Assembly: GCA_951406725.2 (NCBI GenBank)
Contig: OX597827.1
Coordinates: 30,008,001-30,072,000 of the forward strand
DNA length: 64,000 bases
Direction of reading: 5' to 3'
Source: Octopus vulgaris
Taxonomy: Eukaryota
The notes beneath the pieces were generated by a model. It saw nothing but the letters and a program-made list of their open reading frames with translations. It was not told the DNA's origin and searched no databases. The translations under genes were made by a program, and so were the position numbers. Positions 12,553 to 22,777 of this stretch are shown here, piece by piece (the stretch's first letter is position 1; every line of letters starts with the position of its first letter).

Positions 12553-13533
12553 TGTTACGAAACCTGCCGTCGCTCAAACTTCGAACCCGGGACCCTACCA
12601 AGTCGAGCGACGACGATTGACCGGCTCACAGAGAGAAAACTGGGGGGGGGGGGGCTACGGCAGCGAACTCGAACCGGCGACCGGAAATAACAACAACAAC
12701 AACAGCAGGAAGAGATACACGGCGGAAGGCGATTACTTGCATTTAAGAACAATTTATAACAATTATTACAACATCAAATACAATGTGAAACATAACAGAT
12801 ACATTAAAGAAAATAACATACAACAGGATTAACAAGAAAACAACAAAATCAAAGCATTTAAACATAACACGTCGTTCGGAAACAATCAAACATTTCACGA
12901 TACACTAAGTCCGGAGACAAACAGTTCAATGTTCTACATTAAAGTCTTTCTCTTTCTTTCCTTTTCAACAACTCTTTTCACAATGTTCTTTACAATCTCA
13001 TTTCTTTTCTTCCTCTTTTCCTTCTTTCTTTTTTTTTTGACACATCCATTCTTTTTTTAGTTCAACAATTCTTTTTCTTTCTTTAACACATCAAAAGTCA
13101 ACAACAAAAACAAACATAAACATTACCGTTACATTTTCTAGTTATAAACTCCTACTATAATAGCCGTGCCTTTCCGCCGTAATCTCTCTCTTTCGCTCTA
13201 CATGTTCCCAATGCTATCTGTCTGTCTTTCTCAACGTTGTCGCTGCCTCTCCCATCACCATCCTCGCATCGACTACTGCCCTGTTGCCATCTCACTCTCT
13301 CAGACAGAACTCCCAGACTGCACTGTCTCCGGCCGAACTGCCCAAACAAACCCAGCGCGTCGCATTTTAAAGGGTGGTTTCTTAACCTTTCCCTGACCGG
13401 AAAAGGGTCAAAGGTCTCTTCTAATGCCATCAATTTCTCTAGAAACCGACAGGACAAAGGCTTTGTCCGTCTGCTTGGCGCCAAATTACAAAACCAGGCC
13501 ACAAGCACTCTGTTTCTCAACTGACCTCCATAT

Positions 13534-13535
<2 letters not shown>
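12553..13535. mobile_element. Probable solo LTR (Gypsy-like)
   Basis: Starts TGTTAC and ends ATATCA (TG..CA with short imperfect inverted ends). ATAT on both sides as a 4-bp TSD within (TA)n. No convincing ORF. Confidence 0.5.
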
Positions 13536-13569
<34 letters not shown>

Positions 13570-13573
<4 letters not shown>

Positions 13574-13746
13574 AATCCAAACATGAAAACACAACAACGC
13601 GAGGACGTAGAACAAGTATAGTGTTATTGGACGCACAGGAAAGGAAAGAAAGAAGGAGGATTTAACGTTTCGAGCGGAGCTCTTCGTCAGAGACATAGAA
13701 AAAGGAAAGATTCAAGGAAGGGAAGACGGAGAAAGAAAATTGCCAA

Positions 13747-13750
<4 letters not shown>
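13570..13750 (-). mobile_element. Hammerhead-bearing short repeat (family of 4595-4790)
   Basis: Minus strand 13663-13690 reads CTGACGA-a-gagc-tcc-gctc-GAAA-CG-TTA, with palindromic AACGTT stem III. Bounded by (TA)n. Confidence 0.7.
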
Positions 13751-13787
<37 letters not shown>

Positions 13788-14044
13788 GAGAGAGAGAGAG
13801 AGATACATACATACATACATACACACATACAAAACACACTGTGAAATTGGGAAATTGGGCTTCTCAGAACCAGAAGGGAGAAAGCTGATTCGAAGACTAC
13901 AGATCCAATCCATCACTGGAATTGTAAAAATCTGTAAAACCTTCCAAAAGTTTATCATTTAAGAATAATTAAGCATTCTAGACATGCAACTGTATGCACA
14001 AGAATACATACATAAAACATATAAATCTATACATACATGCATAC

Positions 14045-14190
14045 ATAAATACAGACCTGATATAATGATTTAGGATAGAGAAGAGAAACTGTGCACAGTT
14101 GTGGAAATTAGCTGCCCAACGGATGTTAACACAAAGCTGAAGATCAGTGAAAAAAAAAGAACACCTATGCTGAACTATTCAGAAATCTGT
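14045..14190 (+). pseudogene. Fragment of restriction-like endonuclease (RLE) from a non-LTR retrotransposon
   Basis: Translates as YRPDIMI*DREEKLCTVVEISCPTDVNTKLK, a PD..E motif similar to the R4-like copies. Confidence 0.55.
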
Positions 14191-14214
14191 ATCACTGGAA
14201 CTCTCTTTACTCTT

Positions 14215-14467
14215 ACTCTTTAATCTTTTACTCGTTTCAGTCATTTGACTGCGGCCATGCTGGGGCGCCGCCATTAGTCGAGCAAATCGACCCCAGGACT
14301 TATTCTTTGTAAGCCTAGTACTTATTCTATCGGTCTCTTTTGCCCGCTAAGTTACGGGGGACGTAAACACACCAGCATCGGTTGTCAAGCGATGTTGGGG
14401 GAACAAACACAGACACACAAACACACACAGACAGACACACACATACACACAGACACACACATACACA

Positions 14468-14548
<81 letters not shown>

Positions 14549-14688
14549 GACGGGCTTCTTTCAGTTTCGGTCTGTCAAATTCACTCACAAGGCTTTGGTC
14601 GGCCCGAGGCTATAGTAGAAGACACTTGCCCAAGATGCCACGCAGTGAGACCGAACCTGGAACCATGTGGTTGGTAAGCAAGCTACTT
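14215..14688 (-). mobile_element. SINE family B (tail, microsatellite, CORE-like region, B-box half of tRNA head); head completed at 16982-17020
   Basis: Matches 63600-63960 and 59855-60060. The tRNA head is split by the 14689-16981 insertion. Confidence 0.85.
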
Positions 14689-14944
14689 TATTTCATTTTA
14701 TTTGCCATAAAAGCAGTATACAGAGAAGCCGCGGGCTGGACAAGACATTAATGATGCGAATGATAATAATACAAGATGATAAAAATGGGAGAAGACAGTA
14801 AGCGCCCGCCGACACCCTGCTTTTCTAAAACATTGTTCATTAAAAACAACATATTTAGAGGTATTAAACCTCTTACAAATATATACAAAATTTGGACTAG
14901 AAGTCCATCACAATGGAAACAAAATTTACACATATGGAGGCGAT

Positions 14945-15032
14945 AACCCTCTTACATTACTCCCTCAATTAACTTTTCTGCGGCCTGCAGGTATTCCTGC
15001 AACCACCAATCGGAGCCAAAAAAAGTCATCTG

Positions 15033-15113
<81 letters not shown>

Positions 15114-15116
15114 CTA

Positions 15117-15153
<37 letters not shown>

Positions 15154-15154
15154 G

Positions 15155-15194
<40 letters not shown>

Positions 15195-16427
15195 ATTCCA
15201 TCAACAGATCTATAAATAAATGGATACATACATGCTTAAATACAAACTTCATGCGCACATGACCTGTGGAAAAAATCTTTTCTTTCCACCTGCGAAGGCC
15301 ACTCTGGACTATCAATAAAAATCGGATCCATCAGAACCCGACTATCAAGATTATTTGCCACATACTCCTCAATCGCCCCTCCCTTGCGATAGAGGAATAC
15401 AAATTCTTCATCACTTTCATTGAGAGAGACCTCAATTACCTCGCTCGGTGGCACACATCCAACCGGCAAGGCTTCCTTCTTCTCCCCATCCGGTGGCACA
15501 CATCCCACCGAAGGGATTTCGGGACATGCCGTTGCCGGCAATGCCTCGTTTTTCTTTTTCTTCTTTCTTTTCCCCTTTGCGACGGGAGGATGGAGTTCCT
15601 CCGACATGTCCGGAGGTCCCTCCTTCCCTCCCGCCACCTCCGGGACCACGGCGGGCAACCATTGTTGCCCACCTTCTTTTTCTTAGTACCTTTTCTCGAG
15701 AAGGTTACCTCCTCCTCGACTTTCTCCCTCTCTCCCTCCAATAAAGGAGTAGGAGTCTCCGTTGGGGGAACAGTGGGTTTACAGTCATCAATCAACTGTT
15801 CCACGATCTTCGCCTGGTCCCTGCAACAGTTCTTCTTCATGTGCCCTGATTCTAGGCACAGGTGACACTTGGTAGGGCGTCCCTCGATGATTTCCGGGTG
15901 TCTGGATCCGGCCATTGTTAAGAAATCTGGTAAAACCAGATCTTCGGCCGATTGGGCCCATAGGGTCAAAATTGCTTTTGACCCGACCCAATCGACCGCA
16001 GGCAGTATTTTTACAGTCAAGAGCCTGGCAGGGCTACCACCCAGGCCTAGACGGATAGAATCTTCTATCCATACAGCCTCTATACTGGGCGGTAGCCCAC
16101 ATACCCAGGCTCTTGTCAATTTACGCCCACCATAAGTGGGGAGAAACAAGATTTTCCTCCATCTGTAGGTTGGCTCACAAATTTCTGAGCCTCCGTAGGG
16201 GTGTCGAAAAGCACGCACTCCGTTGCGTACTTTGCACCCCCTACAGATGAACCTATAAGTTGACTCAAATCCCGCCAACTCTTCTTCAATTTCTGAGGGA
16301 ATACACAGATGGTGTCGCGGTCCTTGCAATAGGTCCGCAACAACACCGTTCTCTCATCATAGTTTTTTAACCACTCCTTGGGGGCCACAATTCGCCATTC
16401 TGAGGCTTTCTTACATTTGGTTGCCAT
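14945..16427 (-). pseudogene. Gag-like ORF1 (CCHC zinc knuckle), frameshifted and interrupted by an inverted flank copy
   Basis: Pieces 16116-16427, 15436-16329 and 15236-15658, plus tail [24 protein letters not shown] at ~14955-15028. FLPTYGGRKLTRAWVCGLPPSIEAVWI resembles MVPYYKNQRVSRITIRNVPPDMPNKWI of the intact ORF1. Confidence 0.75.
15030..15261. repeat. Inverted copy of 18157-~18390 inserted in ORF1
   Basis: ctaattccatcaacagatctataaataaatggatacatacatgcttaaatacaaacttcatgcgcacatg is the exact reverse complement of 18157-18228, followed by the mirrored compound microsatellite. Confidence 0.85.
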
Positions 16428-17434
16428 TAATAAAATAAACTAAAATATAAAAGTCCACAACAAAATCAAAAATGTTCAAATAAAAGTCTCTAATGCAAAC
16501 ACAAAAAAGAACAGAAAGACAGACAAGAGAAAAGGAACGAAGGAAGACAGTTCAAATGACAACAAAATTCAACTCTGGTAATCCTTTGTAACACAGTTAA
16601 AAATCTCTTGCAGCACTAAAATAGCAGCAAAAAATTCCTGCTTGTACTCCAAATGGTAAATTTCTGGTTGTACTCCAATTGGTAAAATCCCCGAAGTGCA
16701 CACAGTCACATAAAATCATAAATTTTCGGAGGGAATACACCCCCTCAAAACAAAACACAATTCTCACTACACAGTGAGTCTTTTTGCACGACCACAGACA
16801 GGCAAATAACCCAGTGGAGACCCTTGCTCGTCAAAAATTATTAATTACCAACCAACGGACTCCACTGAGCTCCCCAAAAAAACAAGCGCCTTACCTGTAG
16901 TTGTTCTTCAGGTTTTCAATATTTCTACATAGAACGACGTGACTTCGGAGCGTATAAAAACGCGAACTCTTCTGTTGTGAAGTAAGTAAGCTACTTACCA
17001 CTCAGCCACTCATACGCCTGTAAAAATCTGTAAAACTTTCCAGAAGTTTATCATTTAAGTATACATGAGCATATCTAGATATGAGAATACGTGCATAAAG
17101 CAAAACATGCAAATCTGCACACATTGATACATACATACATACAAACATGCATGCATGCATCCATGCATCCATGCATACATACATACATACATACATACAA
17201 GCATGCATACATACATACATGCATATATACATACATGCGTACGTACGTACATACATGCATACGTACATACGTACGTACATACATACATACATACATACAT
17301 ACATACATACATACATACATACATACATACATACATACATACATACATACATACATACATACATACATACATACATACATACATACATACATACATACAT
17401 ACATACATACATACATACATACATTCATTCATTG

Positions 17435-17763
17435 TAAAAGAGCACTCCGTCGATTGCGACGATGAGGGTCCCAGCTGATACGATCATCGGACCAGCTTGC
17501 TCGTGAAATTAACGTGCAAGTGGCTGAGCACTCCACAGACACGTGTACCCTTACCGTAGTTCTCAAGGAGATTCAGCCTGACACAAAGCGTGACAAGGCT
17601 GGCTCCTTTGAAATACAGGTACTACTCATTTTTTTACCAGCTGAGTGCAGTGGAGCAATGTGAACTAAAGTGTCTTGCTCAAAGACAGAACGAGTCACCG
17701 GTAATTGAACTCACAACCTTAGGATCGTAAGCCGAATACCCTAACCACTAAGCCACGCGCCTT
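17435..17763 (-). mobile_element. tRNA-derived SINE family C
   Basis: Minus head aggcgcgtggcttagtggttaggg..gagttcaatt (A and B boxes). Partial second copy at 63085-63190. Confidence 0.75.
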
Positions 17764-18223
17764 CATACATACATACATATTACACGCAACATTTAAATGA
17801 AAAAGCATGACATGTCAATACTGTTCGTTCTGGTTCTTCATTTTTAACGTGATCTCAAGCACACATGATACAATCTCCCTTGTCGCGGGTTCGCGTCGAA
17901 CTTCGTTACTGTGTCAGGTATCTGAAGGATACGCATGCACAAAAAAAAGTAAATAAGGAAACTCTTTGGCCAATCCAGGAACATCATTACACATAAACAG
18001 ATAGAATTGGTTCAGTTTTCAAATAAATTAATATTAGAGAGATGCTGTCATCTCGATATAGCTTGAAATAGAATGAGGACTCTAAAAGATAGTCAAGTGA
18101 AGTGTTAGAATGTTTGAACAGCTCAATACTCAACTGCATCGTTGAGTCTACGTTTACATGTGCGCATGAAGTTTGTATTTAAGCATGTATGTATCCATTT
18201 ATTTATAGATCTGTTGATGGAAT

Positions 18224-18224
<1 letters not shown>

Positions 18225-18260
<36 letters not shown>

Positions 18261-18300
18261 GTATACAGACAGACAGACAGACAAACAGACAGATAGATAA

Positions 18301-18357
<57 letters not shown>

Positions 18358-18392
18358 TATATATACACAGACAGACAGACAGACAGACAGAC

Positions 18393-18439
<47 letters not shown>

Positions 18440-18488
18440 CACAGACAGACAGATAGGTAGAGAGACATATAGATAGAGACAGACAGAC

Positions 18489-18555
<67 letters not shown>

Positions 18556-18568
18556 CAGATAGATAGAC

Positions 18569-18663
<95 letters not shown>

Positions 18664-18688
18664 CAGACAGATAGACAGACAGACAGAC

Positions 18689-18762
<74 letters not shown>

Positions 18763-18897
18763 ATTTCTTTATTTAGCCACACAGGGCCGAACACAGAGGG
18801 GACAAAATACAATGTAGAGCTTTTCTTTTCGAAAAAAAAAGATAGATAAATAGATACATACATACATACATACATACATACATACATACATACATAC

Positions 18898-18968
<71 letters not shown>
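18225..18968. repeat. Compound (GATA)/(GACA)/(GA)/(CATA) microsatellite containing an ~80-bp LINE 3' tail (18761-18840)
   Basis: Direct reading. The embedded atttctttatttagccacacagggccgaacacagag resembles the LINE end at 18969-19040. Confidence 0.9.
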
Positions 18969-18969
<1 letters not shown>

Positions 18970-19270
18970 CTTTTTATTGTAGCCACACAGGGCTAAACAC
19001 AGAATAAAAATGGACGAAATACAATGTAGAATTTTTCTTTTCGAGGTGGGATGGGTGGGGCAAGAAAAAAAAAAAAAAAAAAAAAACGTTTGATCAATAG
19101 GGATCTGTGGGTTGTGTGGTGTATAAAAAAGCAATATATATATATATATAAGGTTCACAGTTTAGGTGTAGTCTTGGAAAGAAAAACCTACAAAAAAGAC
19201 CAAGGTCACCTCAGGCAATTCGAAAAAGAACACATGAGTAAGTCGCCTTACTTCTCGTTGTCTCTTTTGG

Positions 19271-22200
19271 TTACAGATTTATGCTTAAAATAGTGTCGTC
19301 TTTCATACTGACCATTTTTGCCACTTTTACCCACTTTTTATTAAAACATTCGTTCGACAAAGCCTTCCTCTCTATTCTCATCCTCCTTTTCAAGTGGTAC
19401 TTGAAAAAGTTGACGAGAGACTGACCAGAGAGGAAGGTGTTTGTTTGCAGTCCTTTCAAACGCGTCCACCACACACATTCTTTCGCCATAGCCATCAGCG
19501 TAACGAAAACCGTTTTCTCTTCCCGTTTAAAGGAAGGTGGTGGAACAATATTCACAATAGACTCGGCCGATAGGCGAGCCTGACCTACACGTGACAACAG
19601 CTGTTCGACGAAGGACCACAGCTCTGAAATATCTGGACACTGCACGAGTGCGTGCAGAACGGTTTCGTCGCTCTGACCGCATCTCGGGCAGGTCGGTCCG
19701 GTGATGGTTTTCGAACCGTGTCTGTAGCTCTTCTCTCGAACAGGTAGTGCGTCTCGATAGCACTGCCAAGCCAGGGATTTCTGGAAGTTATCCATAGGCC
19801 CCGGCCCGAACGTCGTCCTGAACAGGCGGGTTAGGAATTCCTCGTCGACGCCCAGGTTTGCCCCGAGTGTGTCGTCGGACCTCCCCTCCACTAGTCCTCT
19901 ATAGAACGCTTTAGTCGTTTGGAAGTTGCACAAGTTTGACCCCGGTCGGCAGAGCTGCTGTAGAGCTTGGCGACACTCTCGGTGCCAATCGCCCAGTTTC
20001 GGTCTCTTTTTGATCCACGTTTGCAGTTCGGTCAGTGAGACGAGCTGCGGGAAGTCGCGCCTCACAAACGGCGCCCACACCTGTTCACCATCGTCGATGA
20101 ATTTCCAGAGATGTCGCAGTCTCAGCGCATGCCTGCGCATCATCAACCACGGCATGCCCAGTCCTCCATTCAACGGATGTTGACAGCAAATGGACTTCCT
20201 CACCATCGGAACGCCACCCTTCCACAGGAAGCGGAAGAGTATGCGTTCCAGTTTGGTGATGGTGGCGTCGGGACAAGGTACGACGGTCAGGCGGTAATCG
20301 ATGACGGATGCGATGTACGCGTTCGCCACCTCCGCCCGGCCTTTTAGAGACAGCTTTCTCTCGGCCCATTTTTGGCTGAGAGCGACCACTCTACTCGTGA
20401 TCTCGTCCCAGTTCTTATCCATTTGGAGGTCCGGACTGAACCAGACCCCGAGCAATTTAACCGGTCCGTCCGTCCAGCGTCCCACTACTGAGCCGCAGTC
20501 GGACGGCATGGGCTTGCTTCTCCAGGTGCCGAGTAGCAAACCCACTGACTTTTCCGGGTTAATCTTTGCTCCCGTCACCGTTTCGTATTTTCTTAGTGTC
20601 TCGCCGACCAGCTCGATGTGCTGGTAGCTCGACACTATGACGGTGACATCGTCCGCATATGCCGACACGCTCGTCCCGCAACCCAGTTCCCGTGGGATGC
20701 CCCTCAGTGTCGCCAGCTTCCGCAGTAGCGGCTCGAGAGTCAATACATACAGAAGCGCCGACAGGGGACACCCCTGACGGACCGAACGCGTGATGTCAAA
20801 CGGTTTCGACAGGTGACCGTTCACCCGAATCACCGATCGGATGCCGCTATACAAGGCAGCGATCCAACCGCGGAACACGGGACCGAAGCCAGCCGCCCTG
20901 AGAACGGCCGCCAAGTACCGATGGTCGACCCTATCGAAGGCTTTAGACTGATCCAAATTTATCAGCGCCCCACCCATGCCAGGATCCTTAACTACCCTGT
21001 CCACAATGTAGCGCATCAGATGGAGGTTGTCATGTATGGTTCTGCCCGGCACGGCGCATGTTTGCGCCCTGTCGACCAGTTTACCAATGACAAGCGCCAA
21101 CCTCTCGGCTATTACTTTGGCCAAAATTTTCAAATCTGCGTTGAGCAGAGTGATGGGCCTGAAATTATCTATAAAATTCCCCTTGTTTGAGTCTTTCTTC
21201 AGCAACGTCACTGCACCTCGGCTCACGAAACCGGGGATTCTCCCGTTTTGTTGCCAGTTGCAGTAGACTGATGCCAAGAGGTCGCCAAACAAGTCTGGCA
21301 TTCGACAATACAGCTCGTAGGGTAAACCATCCAATCCAGGCGACTTATCCCTCGCGCAGCCCGCCATCGCATCCCACACGTCAGCGGCTGTGATGGGACT
21401 TTCACAACACTCCGCCTCTCTTGCCGAGAGCCGCGGCAGGTCGGTCAGATAGGCACTGAAATCCATCCCTCGTTCCGACCCACCACTCGCACCAAACAGT
21501 CGAGCAAAGTGCTGTTGAAAGGCCTCACACATCCTTTCGGGTTCGAGTAAACTGCATCCCTGTTGATCTATTAGAGACCGAATGGTTGATCTGTTGCCAC
21601 GCTGCGCCTCCGCTACCCGGGCCTCTCGCGCAGCTTCAATCCCTTCGTTCCTTAAGGCACGCATTTTAGCTCTGACGACGCAACCTTCGTGCTTGGCGTT
21701 GAGGTGTTGGTCGAGGGCCATCCTCGCAGCTAGCACGTTGGTTGCGCTGCCAGTGGTAAGTGCCTCTTCTAGTTTCTTAACTAAGTCTCCCTCTACTCTA
21801 TTTCGTTCTATCGCTAATTCCTTGCTAAACCTAATTGATTCCGATTTTATTGCCATTTTCAGGGCGTACCACCAGCGGTTGTTAACGACCGCTCCCGTCA
21901 GCGCCCTCTTAATTAACTCGCTAATCCGGTTCCTGTAAACCTGTTGCGCTAACAGCGACGTGTTCAGTTTCCAGTAACCGGGACCCTGCCTATGTGTTTT
22001 ATCTAAGTCGAGCGTACACGTAACAAATTTGTGATCTGTGTAGCTGACTATTTTAAATTGTGGACATCCTACACTATCCCTATCCGCTGTCCTGCATAGA
22101 ATTCTATCTAGATAAGATCTCGACGATCCGACGCGGTTTGTCCAAGTCCACGTTGGCACGTTCGGATGGTCGAGTCGGAACCTGTCAGACAAATGGAAAC

Positions 22201-22711
22201 GTCTGAGCAGGTCTTTGAGGCTCTTACACCCCCTTCTATTCCTATCCCTTCCCACATAATCTAGATGCGTGTCCAAGGTAGCGTTCCAATCCCCTACTAA
22301 CAGTAAAGGTCTAGACGTACCCAGGAAAACCTCTAGACGTCTGAAGAAATCCGCCCGACCCGTTAAGGACGGTGCATAAACTGCCATCAGACGGAATGCA
22401 CACCCATTTCTGCCATCCACGTCCAAGACAACCAGCCTACCCTCCGGGTCTAGGAATATTGCTCTTACTTTTACCTTTAGACTCTTTCGAAAAAGCACCG
22501 CAGTACCTCCACCACCCATGTTCGGCAGACAGGGAGAAAAATAAATGTCAAATTGATTGCCAAACATGGACTCGAGGGCCCGCGGCTTACTGAGTCTGGT
22601 TTCGCTGATAGCTACTATATCCACGTCCAGTGACTTGATGTCGTTTAGAAGGTAACCTTGCTTCCAAGCCGACGCCAAGCCACGCGCATTCACACAACCT
22701 AATTTAAGCAT
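19271..22711 (-). CDS. ORF2: APE endonuclease, reverse transcriptase and C-terminal CCHC
   Basis: NARGL, AISET, VYAP, GDWN, YLDRI, TDHK (APE); KSPGLDG, FRPITLLN, DQSKAFDRV, VRQGCPLS, YADD (RT); CPRC..ETVLHALVQC. Uninterrupted; first ATG at 22711. Confidence 0.95.
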   Translation of the reverse strand: MLKLGCVNARGLASAWKQGYLLNDIKSLDVDIVAISETRLSKPRALESMFGNQFDIYFSPCLPNMGGGGTAVLFRKSLKVKVRAIFLDPEGRLVVLDVDGRNGCAFRLMAVYAPSLTGRADFFRRLEVFLGTSRPLLLVGDWNATLDTHLDYVGRDRNRRGCKSLKDLLRRFHLSDRFRLDHPNVPTWTWTNRVGSSRSYLDRILCRTADRDSVGCPQFKIVSYTDHKFVTCTLDLDKTHRQGPGYWKLNTSLLAQQVYRNRISELIKRALTGAVVNNRWWYALKMAIKSESIRFSKELAIERNRVEGDLVKKLEEALTTGSATNVLAARMALDQHLNAKHEGCVVRAKMRALRNEGIEAAREARVAEAQRGNRSTIRSLIDQQGCSLLEPERMCEAFQQHFARLFGASGGSERGMDFSAYLTDLPRLSAREAECCESPITAADVWDAMAGCARDKSPGLDGLPYELYCRMPDLFGDLLASVYCNWQQNGRIPGFVSRGAVTLLKKDSNKGNFIDNFRPITLLNADLKILAKVIAERLALVIGKLVDRAQTCAVPGRTIHDNLHLMRYIVDRVVKDPGMGGALINLDQSKAFDRVDHRYLAAVLRAAGFGPVFRGWIAALYSGIRSVIRVNGHLSKPFDITRSVRQGCPLSALLYVLTLEPLLRKLATLRGIPRELGCGTSVSAYADDVTVIVSSYQHIELVGETLRKYETVTGAKINPEKSVGLLLGTWRSKPMPSDCGSVVGRWTDGPVKLLGVWFSPDLQMDKNWDEITSRVVALSQKWAERKLSLKGRAEVANAYIASVIDYRLTVVPCPDATITKLERILFRFLWKGGVPMVRKSICCQHPLNGGLGMPWLMMRRHALRLRHLWKFIDDGEQVWAPFVRRDFPQLVSLTELQTWIKKRPKLGDWHRECRQALQQLCRPGSNLCNFQTTKAFYRGLVEGRSDDTLGANLGVDEEFLTRLFRTTFGPGPMDNFQKSLAWQCYRDALPVREKSYRHGSKTITGPTCPRCGQSDETVLHALVQCPDISELWSFVEQLLSRVGQARLSAESIVNIVPPPSFKREEKTVFVTLMAMAKECVWWTRLKGLQTNTFLSGQSLVNFFKYHLKRRMRIERKALSNECFNKKWVKVAKMVSMKDDTILSINL

Positions 22712-22777
22712 ACTTGACAATTACGAAAATTGTGTTTTACACACTATATTAGAAGAGACAAGAGGCAAGAAGTGAGG

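Larger units (their letters stand above)
14689..16981 (-). mobile_element. ORF1-only (HAL1-like) Tx1/L1-derived retroelement with 15-bp TSD
   Basis: TSD gtaagcaagctactt (14674-14688) / gtaagtaagctactt (16982-16996). Frameshifted ORF1 from 16427 to ~14945 with CHLCLESGHMKKNC knuckle, homologous to ORF1 at 22778-24607. Short 3'UTR with AATAAA; no ORF2. Confidence 0.8.

Noticed and set aside
17690-17763. Possible tRNA gene
   Set aside because: A and B boxes are present, but no clean cloverleaf, and it continues into a SINE body.
17807-17917. Alternative first exon MTCQYCSFWFF..SSTHDT..LLCQ|GTATCT that could supply an N-terminal His
   Set aside because: Weak signal peptide and weak donor. The exon at 25745-25864 has a better signal peptide, a consensus GTAAGT and is adjacent to exon 2.
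17002-19158. ORFs of MYVC/IHTY/IYLS repeats (also at 4598-5160, 24791-25128, 35101-35472, 38480-38932, 58578-60778)
   Set aside because: Translations of stop-free microsatellites.
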